DNA of 64,000 bases from Mobula hypostoma (Eukaryota). The notes beneath the pieces were generated by a model. It was not told the DNA's origin. It saw only the letters and a list, made by a program, of their open reading frames with translations, and searched no databases. Made by a program: the position numbers and the translations under genes. Shown here piece after piece: positions 1 through 12,661 of the stretch; within the stretch, counting starts at the first letter, position 1, and every line of letters starts with the position of its first letter. The stretch covers positions 14,634,001-14,698,000 of the forward strand of contig NC_086109.1 of the NCBI RefSeq assembly GCF_963921235.1, in the 5' to 3' direction.

Positions 1-197
1 AGCTTCTTCCCCTTTGCCGTCAGATCTGTGAACAGTCCATGAATCCATGGACACGATCATGCTATTTTGCTCTTTTTTTTGCATTATTATTTTTGTACAT
101 TCTCATTGTAATTTGTAGTTATTTTTATGTTTAGCACTGTACTACCACAAAACAACAAATTTCATCGCATATGTCAGTGATAATGAACCTGATTCCG
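1..197 (+). mobile_element. Rex1/Babar-like LINE 3' end
   Basis: Begins with agcttcttcccctttgccgtcaga (SFFP.A.R motif), then an AT-rich 3'UTR ending gtgataatgaacctgattc. Confidence 0.65.
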
Positions 198-639
198 AGC
201 TTCCACATGCCATGCCACCCACGTTGTGCTCTATTTAACCATAGTTCCCCTCCACTGTTTCTCTACTGACAGGAAGATTTAACGGAGGAGCCGAGACAAG
301 CCAAAAATGCCCGAGAGATATTGATAAACACAGATTTTTGACATCTAAGGTACAATCCAACTTACAGCATGTTATGTTTATTTCATTCCTTATACGTGGT
401 TACTCCCTCAGGCACAACCCCATCAGATCTGACATTTAGTTCAAGGAGAATTTCCACAGGTTCTGGTTATAAGAAGCACTTGCTGAAATGGATTGACAAG
501 AAAAGAGCATCTCCACACACATTGAGATTGGAGAATAAATTTCTTTACAAATGCAATACAGAATTCAGGGAGATGTCCTTGATCCAGCAGTAGTTAGAAA
601 CAGGGAGTGTTGCAGGTGAATGACATGAAGATAAAGATC

Positions 640-957
640 TTAAAGATTAGCTTTATTTGTCACATATGCATGAAAACATACTGTGTAGTGGGCCATTTAG
701 TGTTAAATCTAATCAACGAAGATTGTGCTGGTCAGCCCGCAAGAGGCATCATTTGTCCAGCACCAACATAGCACGCCCACATCTCATTATCCCTAACCCG
801 TGTGTCTTTAGAACATGGGAAGAAACTGGAGCATCTGGAGGAAACACGCATGGTCACAGGGAGAACGTGGCAAACTCCAGACACACAGTGGCAGGATTCA
901 AACCCCGTTCTTTCAGCTGGCTGATGTAAAGCACTGCTGAACCACCACGTGACTGCG
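640..957 (-). mobile_element. tRNA-derived SINE (elasmobranch HE1/V-SINE-like)
   Basis: Minus-strand tRNA-like head, central ctccagtttcttcccatg-type domain and gtgacaaataaagctaatct tail; homologous copies at ~15790, 45605, 49300, 54273. Confidence 0.7.
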
Positions 958-974
958 TCACTATAGGAATGCAT

Positions 975-1610
975 TCAGAAACGTAGAGGTCGGGAAGCAC
1001 TTGAGGGTGAAAATGATATCGCAGCCCTCCGGTGAAAATGATATTGTATCCGTTAAATAGGGGCCATGGACAATTCTGATTTGAGGGAGACAGACGTGAA
1101 AGCACAGAGGAACATCTGGTGAAGTTTCTGAAATGCCCGGTTCGCTGCCGCTGTTACAGGGCGATCGAGAATCTTCCGAAGGGAAGGCCCCAAAATCCCC
1201 GGCTTTGCCTGCTGCTGGCGACCGAGATTGAGGTCAAATTGTTCGGATAGAGATAGTGCTCGGTACTTAGTGTCGGAAGGCTGATTGGCGGCTCGAAGTT
1301 TTCGGACAACTCAGAGTCGGACTGTGGTCGGGCATGGCAGGGAGAGTTTTCTTCCTTCTCCCGTCTGCGTGAGATGTGGAACATTTGAGAGACTTTGAAC
1401 TTTTTACTGTGCCGTGGACTGTTCTTCATCAAGTTATGGTATTGTTGCACTTCTGTAACTATATGTTATAATTATGTGGTTTTGTTAATTTTTTCAGTCT
1501 TGGTCTGTCCTGTGTTTTGTGATATCACACCGGAGGAAATATTGTATCATTTCTTAATGCATGCATTAATAAATGACAATAAAAGAGGACTGCATGTCTT
1601 CATAATCTAA
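975..1610 (+). mobile_element. Young GC-rich retroelement 3' region with (TCTAA)n tail, family unassigned
   Basis: Colinear with the minus-strand copy at 19441-20173; ends aaatgacaataaaagaggactgcatgtcttcataatctaa. Confidence 0.7.
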
Positions 1611-1794
1611 AAGTATTGCTGATGGGGTTTGGGAAAAGGGATGAGGGAAGGCTCACACAGTAGGTGAGCCAAATGGTGTATATTCATCAAATGACCCATG
1701 TTTATCCACAATTTTGTACAGAACGGAGTAATCAATAGGACCCAGAAAAGTAGCCCTCTCCCACCCATCAGTAGAATTGGATTCTGGTGAAGAA

Positions 1795-1879
1795 AAAAGG
1801 ATCAGCCATGATTGAATGGCAGAGCAGACTCAATGGGCCAGATGGCCTAATTCTGCTCCTATGTCTTATGGGCTTATGA
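1795..1879 (+). mobile_element. CR1-type LINE 3' tail
   Basis: atcagccatgattgaatggcagagcagactcaatgggcc...ctgctcctatgtcttatgg, repeated many times in the window. Confidence 0.8.
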
Positions 1880-2074
1880 TCTACAAAACAGTATGAATGA
1901 GAATCAACTTAATATTTGCAATGCAGGTACGGGGCAGGTCAATGATTCAGGAACCACAGGGCAACAGAACCACTTCCCATATAATATTGGATCATTGATG
2001 AAGGGATACCATCCCCATCTCAAGGGGGAGTTAGATCTGACCTGGAGGTGGGGGAGGTGTTCCTTAATCATTGA

Positions 2075-2260
2075 TTTTCAGAAGGATGAGGGAAGATCTC
2101 ATTGAAACCCTCCAGATACTGAAAGGCCCAGATAAAGTAGACACAGAGAGGTCGTTTGCATTAGCAGGAGAGTCTAGGATATGAGGGCACAGCCCCAGAA
2201 TAAGGGAACGTCCCTTTAAAACTGAGATGAGGAAGAGAGGGTGGTGAATCTGTGAATGCA
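2075..2260 (+). mobile_element. CR1 ORF2 C-terminal fragment
   Basis: Degenerate RMR.DLIET..ILKG.D...GESR..GH motif. Confidence 0.7.
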
Positions 2261-2754
2261 GGGCTATGGAGACAGCTAAGCAGCTTTTGATAAAGCTTCA
2301 TCTTTAGTGGTTAAGCAGAGTCCCAAGATCATTAGGATTAACTTAAACCAACCTACAAACATCTTCAGAATAGTCTCTGAAACCAACGTTCCAAATGCCA
2401 GCGCAGTGGTAGGGCTGTTGTTTCACAGTTATACAAGATCGACTCTGACCTCTGGGATTATCTGCAGAAAGTTTAGATTACCCCCATGACTGTGTAGGCT
2501 TCTTCCAGAGGCTCCAATTTCCTCCCACATCCCAAAGGTTTGCTGATCTGTAAGCTAACTGGACACTGTAGATTGCAGCTGAGAGATAGAATTTAGCTGA
2601 GATGATAGGGAAATGTGAGGAGAACAAAGTATGATTAGTGTAAATTCAATATAAAAAGTGCTTATTTGGATGTTTGGACTGCAAACTGACCCGTCCAAAA
2701 TCTCCCTTCTGGGAAGTGCTGTAGGGCTATTAAAACTAAAACTTCCCACAATCT

Positions 2755-3950
2755 TAAAAGTTTCTTCCCCCAGGCAGTTAATCTGATCAACCAGTTAACC
2801 CTCCCTGACTATTATCCTGTCACTTCACTGCACTGTAAACACTTTAAACCAATCTTTATAATGCTGTTTGCATTGTCAGTACATGCTGGTATTTATGTAT
2901 TTATGCATATTTTATTCTATATCCTTACTTTAACTAAAACTAATTTTAGTTTTTATAAAATTCTGTATTCTTTATCATTGTTGAATGTTGGTGTTCTTGT
3001 TGCATGTCGGTCTAAACATGTAACCTTCTCACTGGGGCTCGTATACAAACTCGGCTCGTTAGCTAACTCTGCTAACAGCCACATCACTCAGCGGTGGGAA
3101 GGCCACCTTTCGTAAACAATACACGTCTAGGGTCGGTATGATTTGGGATTCAACCAAACAGGAACGCCATGATGTTCTGACTAAAGAATCCTCGAGTTGA
3201 GCGAATGCTGTGCAAATACTGCCCACACACAATTATCAGTAGGCAAGAAATAACAGATTGTACACCACATAAATTTATATGTATATTTACTAATTTCAAC
3301 TTTATCCAACAGTTATTAAATGAAAGGAAAGAGGGAAGAAAAAAGAAGTAAAAGGACCCATTACAGTTGGACCAGTCTAAATGTGCACATGACCGTTGGA
3401 GCTCACCTCTTCCGAAAGCTGGTTATACCCGTTATTCACAGCGCTGAACCCTCAGACTGCATGAAAGCACCGGCCGCAGTGTGAACGCTCCTCGAAGTCC
3501 ATCTCGAACAAGCTGGCTCTCACTCAGAAGTATTGGCCCTTCCTCCTCGGAGCTATCATCTGCACAAAGCACTTCTTGCAACGGGGACTCTCCTTCCTGC
3601 GGCATTCTGCGGCATCTTCCCTTCTGTCCCGTTCCGCAGCTCCTGCCAAAATACCTCAAACCAGACTACTGTCCATCACAAATCTCTCTCCGCCCCGCTT
3701 TCTCTAGAACCTTCTTCAGATCCCACCATCCTAATTGGCTGACACAACTTTCCTAAGTTGAACAACAGAGCTTCTTATCTTTAGCTGAAACCAAAACAGT
3801 CTACTAGCATGACACACTGCTTTTGCAGAAAACTGCTAAAATGAAATACCTACAGAATAAAAGTAGGAATCTTAACCAGGCCATTATGCGCACTACAGCA
3901 AATTCCTAATACATGTAATATATATGGCTGATAAAGTTTATCCTTAATCA
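2755..3950 (+). mobile_element. Rex1/Babar-like 3' end split by an LTR-like insertion
   Basis: agtttcttcccccaggcagttaatctgatcaac at the start; tail cagcaaattcctaatacatgtaa...ataaag resumes after 3888. Confidence 0.55.
3019..3888 (-). mobile_element. Probable solo LTR (~870 bp)
   Basis: Interrupts a LINE tail; minus strand ends ...GGTTACA, starts with degenerate CATAATGGCC, and has a CCAAT box and a GC-richer interior; no clean TSD. Confidence 0.5.
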
Positions 3951-4414
3951 TTGAGAGCCAATGTGCCTGTTTCTATGCTGTGACTTTATAAAATAAGTGC
4001 AACCTTATCTATGAATTACTAACTAAACATTTGCTGGGGAAACTTGATCCCCAACCATTACAGAATGCCTACATACAATCCACAGATTCATCAACAGTGT
4101 TGTCTTTCTGTATGTAATGCTTACAAACAAAAATCCATTTTAACTTTCATTTTATGAACCATAAATCTGAATGTTTGTATCCTGTTCTTCCTCTCTCTCT
4201 GCCAACTTAACATTAGGAACACAACTGGTGGATTTCATACAGTTGATGACGAAACAACAGAATTTGTGATGAATAACGTCTGGATTTTCTGTTCTGGGCA
4301 AGACAGGGCTCAGGCATTGAAAGGGTTAATTTTTGGTGATTGATTTGTTGAAACACATAAGAGGAAGAAACCCGTTCTTGACTTATTCAGGAAATGGTTC
4401 AGCACTAAAAATAG

Positions 4415-4520
4415 TTCATCAAACCAACATTACTCAGGAGTGGAGGAGGAGGTCAAAAATAAAACAGGAGATTGCAAAAAAGTCCATCATAATTCCTGGT
4501 GATTTCACAAGAGACAGAAA
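4415..4520 (+). mobile_element. Old CR1 apurinic-endonuclease fragment
   Basis: IKQEIAKKSIIIPGDFT resembles the CR1 EN 'I.QEI....IIMGDFN' motif. Confidence 0.45.
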
Positions 4521-4707
4521 AGTTTCAGATAGTACCACTCCCTCTGAATGGAGGAACAAAGAGCTACTTACAACAGAGTTTGGATAACCTCAGGTCAGGA
4601 TCTGAATCCTGACATGGACAAGATATCCAGTTTGAAACAATCAGCAAAACCCTCCTTTTCTGTTTCTGTGGGCACATCCACTCCACCCTATCTACTTCAT
4701 GATAAAA

Positions 4708-4850
4708 ACCATTAAATCATAAGATATAAGAGCAGAATTAGGCCATTCAGCCTATCGAGTCTGCTTTGTTATTCCAATTATGGCTAATATATTATTCTCT
4801 TCAACCCCATTCTTCTACCTTATCTCTGTAACCTTTGACAGTCTTACTAA
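4708..4850 (-). mobile_element. CR1 3' tail
   Basis: cataagatataagagcagaattaggccattcagcc. Confidence 0.75.
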
Positions 4851-5062
4851 AGATGATGCTTTACTTCATACCAAGTCTCTGGCAGCAAGGGGGTCTTAGC
4901 CAAAAGCTTTGGAGGTTAGTCAGTCCATCAAGTCTATCCTACTCTGTTCCGTAGCCCCATTCGCGGTCTTCCTTGTCTGCTGAAACTCTTACCTATGGGC
5001 TAATTGTGATGGAGTTAACAGTGATTCCACAGGGAACAACTGGCATTGGGCAGCTCAGAGGT

Positions 5063-5197
5063 TACAGATAAGACAATAAGACACAGGACCACAATTAGGC
5101 TACTTGGCCCATCAGGTCTGTTCCACCAATCCATCATGGCTGATTTATTATCCTTCTCAACCCCATTCTCTTGCCTTTTCCCCGTAACCTTTGACAA
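5063..5197 (-). mobile_element. CR1 3' tail
   Basis: aattaggctacttggcccatc...atcatggctgatttattatcc...accccattctc. Confidence 0.7.
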
Positions 5198-5825
5198 TAA
5201 ACCTTTATCCTTAGAGGATGTCCCACACCTAAGTGGATGCTACATGCTGGAGCTGCAACCCAAATCTTACCCTGTGTCTAAGATCAGCAAGCTGTTCCAG
5301 AGAGCTGGCCTCACCATCAAGGCCTTCAGTACTGCTTACTGCCTGACCACGAGAGACGCAGAAGCCTCTTTGCCATCAGCCCTGCTCAGTGCAGACTGGC
5401 ACCAACTTCAGCAAGCTCAATCTGGTACTAGATGTCACATTCAGATTTGGAAGCTGCCACTGTCCCTGCAGCCTCAGCCTTTAGGGGAGTGTTTTAATTT
5501 CAAAAATGATTTTGTTCATGATTTTAAAAGATACATACAAAGGAAGAAACAGGGTTTCAGATTTCTGTTGTCCTGTGCTTCTCAAGTTCCCACTAAGTGG
5601 CTTCTCAGGAGTCCCTTGGTTCTTGACTACCCACATTTTGTTTCCGGTGACCATGTCACAGCAGCCAAAAATTAAGATCAGCTCTGGGCCCTTAGCATTG
5701 TCAACGATCCCTCTAATCCATCCCACAATCTCTTTGAACTCCTATCATCAGGCAGGAGGTACTGTAGCCTTAGGACAGGACTGCTAGAATGGGAAACAAC
5801 TTCTTCCTCAAGGACGCTTACTAAA

Positions 5826-6072
5826 GGATCCCATTCTGGCTGGCTGCCGGTTACCAGTGGAGTTCAACAGGAGTCGGTGTTGGGACTGCTGCTTTTTACG
5901 ATGTATGTCAATGATTTGGACTATGGGATTAATGGATTTGTGGCTAAATTTGCTGATGATACAAAGATAATTGGAGGAGTGGGTAGGTGGACGAATTGGA
6001 TGTCCATGATTGAATGGCAGAGCAGACTCGATGGGCTGAATGGCCTACTTCTGCTCCTATATCTTATGGACA
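5826..6072 (+). mobile_element. Internally deleted CR1 (RT motifs fused to 3' tail), nested in a Babar-like tail
   Basis: VLGLLLFTMYVNDLD..KFADDTKI joined directly to the CR1 tail; flanked by Babar-type 3' sequence at ~5715-5825 and 6072-6300. Confidence 0.75.
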
Positions 6073-6779
6073 TGAGATTAATAAACTCCCTGCCACCACC
6101 CGGGTCTCATCACTGATGAAGTGCCAGTAGTGTTATACCGTTTACTTTGTGACTTGCACCCTCTGCTAAATGTTTTCTGGAATATATTTTATTATTTGTT
6201 AATATTATTCTATGTGTCATGCACATTGGTCTGGAGGAACACTGTTTTCTTTGGCTGCATACATGTATATGGATGAATAACAATAAACTTGAACTCAATA
6301 TCCAGGGAGAAATCAACAGGACAGCGTTCCTTGTCTTTGTGGATCAAAGTACAATAACAATAATTGAGAGACATTTGGGCTGGTGCATCGATAGGAAAGG
6401 TTTAGAGAGATATGGGACTAATGCAAGCAAATGGACTAGCTTAGATGAGTATTGTGGCTAGAATGAACAAGTTGGGCTGAAGGGCCTTTTTCTACATTAT
6501 ATGACTCTATGTCTCCAAGGACAGTGTGAGCAAAAGACAACAGAGCTGCTCCATAGGGCATAAATATATTTACCACAGGTACCAAGGGATGTGTACGGTC
6601 ATAGTACAAGTACTGAGAGTCAAATACAAATATAGAAGAGAGTCTAAATATCAAGTTATCTGCATATTACATGCACTGTATATTGTGTCGTGATCATACA
6701 CTGCTCATCACAGTCCTAACCTACTCCAAAACCATCTAGAGTTCAACAACTGGGCTCCAAATTTGGCTTTGAAGCAATA

Positions 6780-6978
6780 AAGCAGTGGAGGCTAGCTCAG
6801 TAAATATATTTAAAATAAGGTTGAATAGATTTTTGCATAGTAGGGGAATTAAGGGTTACAGGGAAAATGTAGGTAGGTGCAGATAAGTCCATGGCCAGAT
6901 CAGCCATGATCTTATTGAATGGCGGAGCAGGCTCAACGAGCCAGATGGCCGACTCCTGCTCCTATTTCTTATTTTCTT
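6780..6978 (+). mobile_element. CR1 3' end
   Basis: gcagtggaggct...gatcagccatgatcttattgaatggcggagcaggctc...cctgctcctatttcttat. Confidence 0.75.
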
Positions 6979-8934
6979 CTGATGTCATGAGCTCAGAACT
7001 ACCCAAAATATAAGATCCAGTGAAGAACAGACTTTCTTTCATTGGATGTTTCTAAGAACAATTTCCACAAAAACTCCAGTGGAAAATGTGTTCTGGCTGT
7101 GAGTGCCCAAGTTTGGTGGCTGATCTGTTGTGAGTCAGTTAACCAGCGCCAGGCAAGGGCAGCAGGTGAGCCAATTGTGGGCACAGCCTCGCTCTGTGTT
7201 AAATCCCGCACCAGAGAGCAGTCCAGATGTCTGAGTCTCTCTATGGAAAAATTAATGTCATTCATAACCCAAAGAGGCTTCACACCAGAACAAAGTTTCA
7301 TTTGTATACAACTCTGAGATTCTTCTTCTCCAGATAGCCATGAAACAAAGAAGTCAGTTCAGAGAGAAACAGCAAACCCACCCCCTCCTGCACAAAACAG
7401 AATGGTAACACAATCATCAACCCTGCCAAACTAACCCCCTCCTCCTGCAGGAAACACAACAAAAACATCGGCCTTCAAACTGCCCTCTCCCCGCACAAAA
7501 AAATGAGAAAGAATGAGTGAAAACACAGAATATAAAATCCATAAGGCTGAAAAACGCCATAGTCAATAATCCAAATCCATATACACAGAACCTTGGTAAC
7601 ATCCTCCAACATCATTGTAACACGATCAATCAAACTTTTACACCAAGCCACATGAGATGCTAAAATGGATGAGAGCTTTGAGAATAGGGTGGGCTTAATG
7701 AGATTAAAAGAGAGGGAAGGGGAATGTTTCATTACTCATACAACAGAAAGGATGTTTGCCAAAGATGACAAGAGAGGCTCTGATGTCTGTGAGAAGTGGA
7801 TGGTAGTACTGTTCAGTGGAGGGTATCACAGGTAGACATGAGGGAGGTGACAGAAATGGCCTGAAGAGATGCCAGATTATGGCAACAACACAACCCTTGA
7901 TGTTTGGTCACTGAGTCAAAACACTTGGACCACACGAAGATGACAAGATCGGATTCAGAAACAATCTCAGCGATGAGGCTCTTTTCTGCCTCCCGCTTAT
8001 TCAGAGCCCTGATGATCAACGGTTGTATGTGCAGAATGGCCAATTAGTGATCACTTGAGCAATTCATTCAGTCCTTGAAATTGAAGGGGATAAACGAGCA
8101 TTATTTATTAAAAACACACATTAAGCACTGAGAATAAACATTAAAAATTCATAGAGCAGGAGGAACAATGTTAAAACATTGATGATATGCATTAATTGAC
8201 ATGGTTTGTTATCAGAATATAATGTTGCTCATAAAAGCTTGTAGGATTTGGCTCCTTTATAAGCACAAGGCTTTCAAATAATACAGCTTTTTGTTGTTCT
8301 TAATCCTTCTGACACTGCAAATTTCCACCATTTTCCAAGGGGATTCTTCCTGTTTTTCACTCTCCAGTCGGGGAGGAGGCAGTTAAAGTAGCTCAGGAGT
8401 GATTGGAGAAAATGGGGTAGGACTATGATGAGTCACTGTGCTGTCCTTTATCCTGGCCTTTGGAAATAAACACAGCTTTGTCCGCCTTAATGACAATTCC
8501 TTCTTCAAGGCTGCAGATGCTGGGAAGTGACAAATGGTGCTTTCAGAAGCAAGCTGATAGATTTTTGCTGGGCAAAGTGTCTATGGTGCCAAGAAAGAGC
8601 TGAGGAACATGCAGGCTATGAAAGTCTTGCATTTATCTGGCACTTGTCACAACCTCAGGCCCACCCCAACGTACAGGACTGCAGAAAATGCAGCAGCTGT
8701 TCTATGTGCCGCAAGATCCCACAAACAATGATGTGATGATGATGAGATAATCAAATTCTGCGGGGACCTGCTTTGGAGATGTGATAATGGTGAAGTAATT
8801 GGATTTTGTGGTACCTACTTTGGAAACACCAATGCCCAGGAGAAATACCAATGAAAGAAATCTGACTGGGCTGTACCCACTACAGGAAGCAACAGATATA
8901 GCTTGGTCCGTCACAGGCAAAGCCCTAGCCCTTT

Positions 8935-9375
8935 GATCACAGCTGCAAAAAAAGCAGTAATCATTATCAAGAACTCTCACCATCCCGGCTGCACTGTTTT
9001 CTCGCTACTGCAGTCGGTCAGGAGGTACAGCAGCCTCAGGTCCCACACCACCAGGATAAGAAACAGTTATTACCCTACAAGCATCAAGTTCCTGAATCAG
9101 CCGGAATAACTTCACTCAGCTCAACTCCAAGCAGACTCCACAACCTACAGGTTCACTTTCAAGGCCTCAGCAACTCATATGCTCAGTATTATTTACATTT
9201 ATTCACTCACTTTGCCTTCTTTTGCACATTGGTTGTTGGTTAGGTCTTAGTTTATGTTTAGTTTTTCAGAAATTCAATTGAATTTGTTTTCCTACAAATG
9301 CCTGTCAGAAAATGAATCTCTAGAATTTGGCAACACATATATACTTTAATAATAAAGTTATTTTGACTTCAACTT
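8935..9375 (+). mobile_element. Rex1/Babar-like LINE 3' end
   Basis: KKAVIIIKNSHHPG..FSLLQS.RRY.SL...TTRIRNSYYP..IKFLN followed by a 3'UTR with aataaa. Confidence 0.75.
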
Positions 9376-9983
9376 TGAGAAATTCGGCGGAGGCAACACC
9401 CCTACAAGTGATAGGTAGTTCTACTAAAGCGTGTATACCCAAAACATGAATTGATTTTAATGTGATTGATGGATCAGGGAACATTATTTGCATTATGTGG
9501 GTTACATTAGTTACAGAAACATCCCAATTGAGAAAGAATGTTTATAACTGCAAGGCAAGTCTAACCCACTTGACTATAACACAACTATATAATATGAGAC
9601 TTCTTAGCAAGGTAACTATTGCTTATAACAGAACTACCTATGACAGAATGGAACGTATCACCCACTTTAAATTGCCATCAAGGCCACATGCAGTACTCAT
9701 TTTAAAGACAATTGGAAGGCTGATGAGACTGGATGAGCCAAGAGGACATATCTTCCCTTATAACTCCGAAACTGGCACTAAAATCTTTCCTCACAGTCTC
9801 AGCATTCCTGGGAGTTTGATAAGGCACTGCAAAGTCCAACAGTATTTTCTTGCTCCTGACCACGAGCTGGAATTCATCTCAATGGGCAGTTCTTCAATAT
9901 GCCTCACAGCTTAAGTCAGCTTCATTTAGTTATGCAATTCAAAGTTCTTTGACCACAAAAAGCATTTCTGGAATCTCTTACAT

Positions 9984-10320
9984 AAACTCAAGAGGTTCTG
10001 CAGATGTTGGAAGTCCTGAGCAATAAACACAAAATGCTGGACGAACTCAGCAGGTCAGGCAACATCTACGGAGAGGAATAAACAATTGATATTTTAGGCC
10101 AAGACCCCTCAACAGGACAGGAAAGGAAGGGGTCAGAAAGCCAGAAAGCAGCAGAGATCATAGAGTTGGAGAGGGTCTCATTGAAAAGCCTTCAAAAAGA
10201 AGATGTGAACTTCTTCAGAGTAGGCATACCTCAAAGAGACTTCACAGTGGAGCAGCAAATGCTAAACACAAGAGATTGGAAATGAACTTAAGGCTTCCTT
10301 GCTGGAAATCTAGAGCAACA
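9984..10320 (-). mobile_element. Internally deleted Penelope-like mini-element with terminal direct repeat and decayed hammerhead
   Basis: aaacacaagaga...gctggaaat..gagcaa at both 9984-10025 and 10264-10320; decayed hammerhead near 10085-10120. Confidence 0.6.
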
Positions 10321-10332
10321 GGATATTCTTAC

Positions 10333-10850
10333 TCAGAATCAGGTTTAATATCACCAGCATATGTTGTGAAATTCATTATCTTTGTGGTAGAAGCACAACG
10401 CAATAGATAAGAATAGGAAAAAAACTGTCAATTACAATAAATAAATAAATGTGTATATATACATACATATAAATAGTTAAATTAAATAAGTAGTGCAAAA
10501 ATAAAAATAAAACAGTAGTGAGGTAGTGTTCAAGGGTTCAATGTCTATTCAGAAATCGGATGGCAGAGGGAAAGAAGCTGTTCCTGAATCATTAAGTGTG
10601 TGCCTTCAGGCTTCTGTACCTCCTTCCTGATGGTAACAATGAAAACAAGACATGACCTAGTTGATGGGGGTCCTAATTGATAGATGAGGCCTTTTTGAGA
10701 CATTGCTCCTTGAAGATACTATGGAAGCTAGCGCTTATGATGGAGCTGACTAAGTTTACAACTCTCTGTAGCTTATTTTGATCCTGTGCAGTAGCAACAG
10801 CCCCCCCAATACCAGATAGTGACACAGCCAGTTAGAATGCTTTCCACGAC
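10333..10850 (-). mobile_element. Rex1/Babar-like LINE 3' end
   Basis: tcagaatcaggtttaatatcac tail; gatggcagagggaaagaagctgttcctg is the antisense of NSFFPSAI. Confidence 0.75.
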
Positions 10851-11084
10851 CTTCAGATCCAATCCTCCATACCATTACATGAGCAGAAAAATTGACACCG
10901 TTCCGCCTCCCCCAAAGCCATAGAATTCCTCAGAACTTTCTCTCCTACAACAACGTAACTACTAAACTTATAGACATCAAAATTAACTTCACACGAGGCC
11001 ATCTGGTCTACTGCATGCATGCTAGATTACCTAGCTTACTCTCACTTCCCAGCTCTTGCTCTCTAGCTCTGCCCTCAAGCACCA

Positions 11085-11450
11085 GCCTTACGTCCCTCAC
11101 CACCAGGTTTAGGAACAGCTGTTACTTTACAACCATCAGGCTCCTGAACCAGCATGGATAACCTCACTCACCTGACTCTAAACTGATTCCACAACCTATG
11201 GACTCTCTTCCAAAGACTCTACAACTTATGTTCTCAGTATTTATTTATTTACTGACTTACTTACTTATTATTTTTTTGTGTGCATTTGTCTTCGTTTTTG
11301 CACTTTAGTTGTTTGTGTTACTTTTCATTGATTCTATTATATTTCTTTGTTCTACCGTGAACACCTGCAAGAAGATGAATCTCAGGGCTGCATATGGTGT
11401 CATATATGTACTTTGATAATTTATTTATTTTGGACTTTGAACTTTTGAAC
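11085..11450 (+). mobile_element. Rex1/Babar-like LINE 3' end
   Basis: TTRFRNSCYFTTIRLLN followed by a ctttgaactttt tail. Confidence 0.7.
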
Positions 11451-11556
11451 TGTAGTTTACAGATCATTAAGTATTCATCTCGATACTTTATAAGTGTGGA
11501 AAGGGTTTCCACTCCTTCCAACCCAATAGATAGTGGGTTGCAACCACTTCTGCTCT

Positions 11557-11935
11557 TATAGAACATAAAACAGTACGGTACGAACATGCCCTTCTGCTCA
11601 CAACTTTGTGTTAAACTGGTTAAACTAGCAATTAAACATCTAACTAACCTAATTACTCTGTGTACAAAATACCCATATCTCTCCAATCTCTGCATATACA
11701 CTTGCTTTATCTAAAAGCGTTTTAAATGCCTCTATTATATTTCACTCCAAAATCACCCTTGGCAATGCATTCCAGGCACTCGCCACTCTCTGTGTAAAAG
11801 AGCTTGCCCCACACATCTCCTTTGAATGTACTGCCTCTCGCCTTAAATTAATTCCCTCTAGTATTAGACTATTCGCCTCTGGGAGAAAGATACTGGCTGT
11901 CAACTCTTACCTATGCCTCTCCTAATCTTATAACA
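11557..11935 (-). mobile_element. CR1-type LINE 3' end (second tail family)
   Basis: atagaacataaaacagtac tail; ggcaatgcattccaggcactcgccactctc is the antisense of RV...WNALP; same family at ~43205-43475. Confidence 0.65.
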
Positions 11936-12296
11936 ATCTCAGAATGAAAATCTCTCCCCAGTAATTCTACCAGCTAACGAGTCTATTTGTCTTTTATTGA
12001 CTTCCTCCCAGGATATTTCTCCCCATTTTGTACACCTCACCTCCTTAGTTCCAAGAGAACATTCCCAGTCAAGTCAGTCTCACCTCATAACTATATACCT
12101 CCAGCATTAGCAATACCCTTGGATTTTATCTCTGCTCCTTCATGGTTCTGTGTCGCTTCATGCAATAGAAAATGTAATAGACAATGAAGCAATTAGCACG
12201 GAGGTTCACATCAATCATCTTTCATCAGTGAACCTTACTTATTTAGGTCAATATCAACTTCGCCTGACATCTTCTTATTCATTATGACACTTAAGG

Positions 12297-12400
12297 GACA
12301 CAAGAGATTCTGCAGATGCTGGAAATCTTGAGCAACATTCACACACAGAATGCTGGAGGAACTCAGCAGGCCAGGCAGTATCTACGAAGGGAAATAACTG
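12297..12400 (-). mobile_element. PLE terminal-repeat fragment
   Basis: acacaagagattctgcagatgctggaaatc...gctggaggaactcagcaggccaggcag. Confidence 0.7.
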
Positions 12401-12580
12401 AACTCCCACCACAGTTTGTAAGGAGCTTGTAGGTTCTCCCCATAACCGAATGGGATTTTGTGTGCATTGCATCTGCAGAATCTCTTGTATTTACAATGGT
12501 AATTACACTTCAATAAGTAATTTATTGGCTGTGAAAGGACATCCTAAAGGCACAATATACATGCAAGACCTTTCTCCCCA

Positions 12581-12661
12581 CTGGGGGTTCCAAACCTTTT
12601 TTATGCCATCAACCAATACCGTTAAGCAAGGGGATCAATGGACCCCAGGTTGGAAACCTTA
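12581..12661. mobile_element. ~80-bp hAT/Charlie-type MITE (degenerate)
   Basis: ggggttccaaacc...ggttggaaacc inverted ends; homologous to 39032-39112. Confidence 0.6.

Noticed and set aside
5046..5675. 209-aa plus-strand ORF
   Set aside because: Starts at TTG, its first ~50 codons are an antisense CR1 tail, and the rest has no recognisable domain or convincing splice structure
9462..9914. 150-aa ORF in unique sequence
   Set aside because: Non-ATG start, no recognisable motif, no clear exon boundaries
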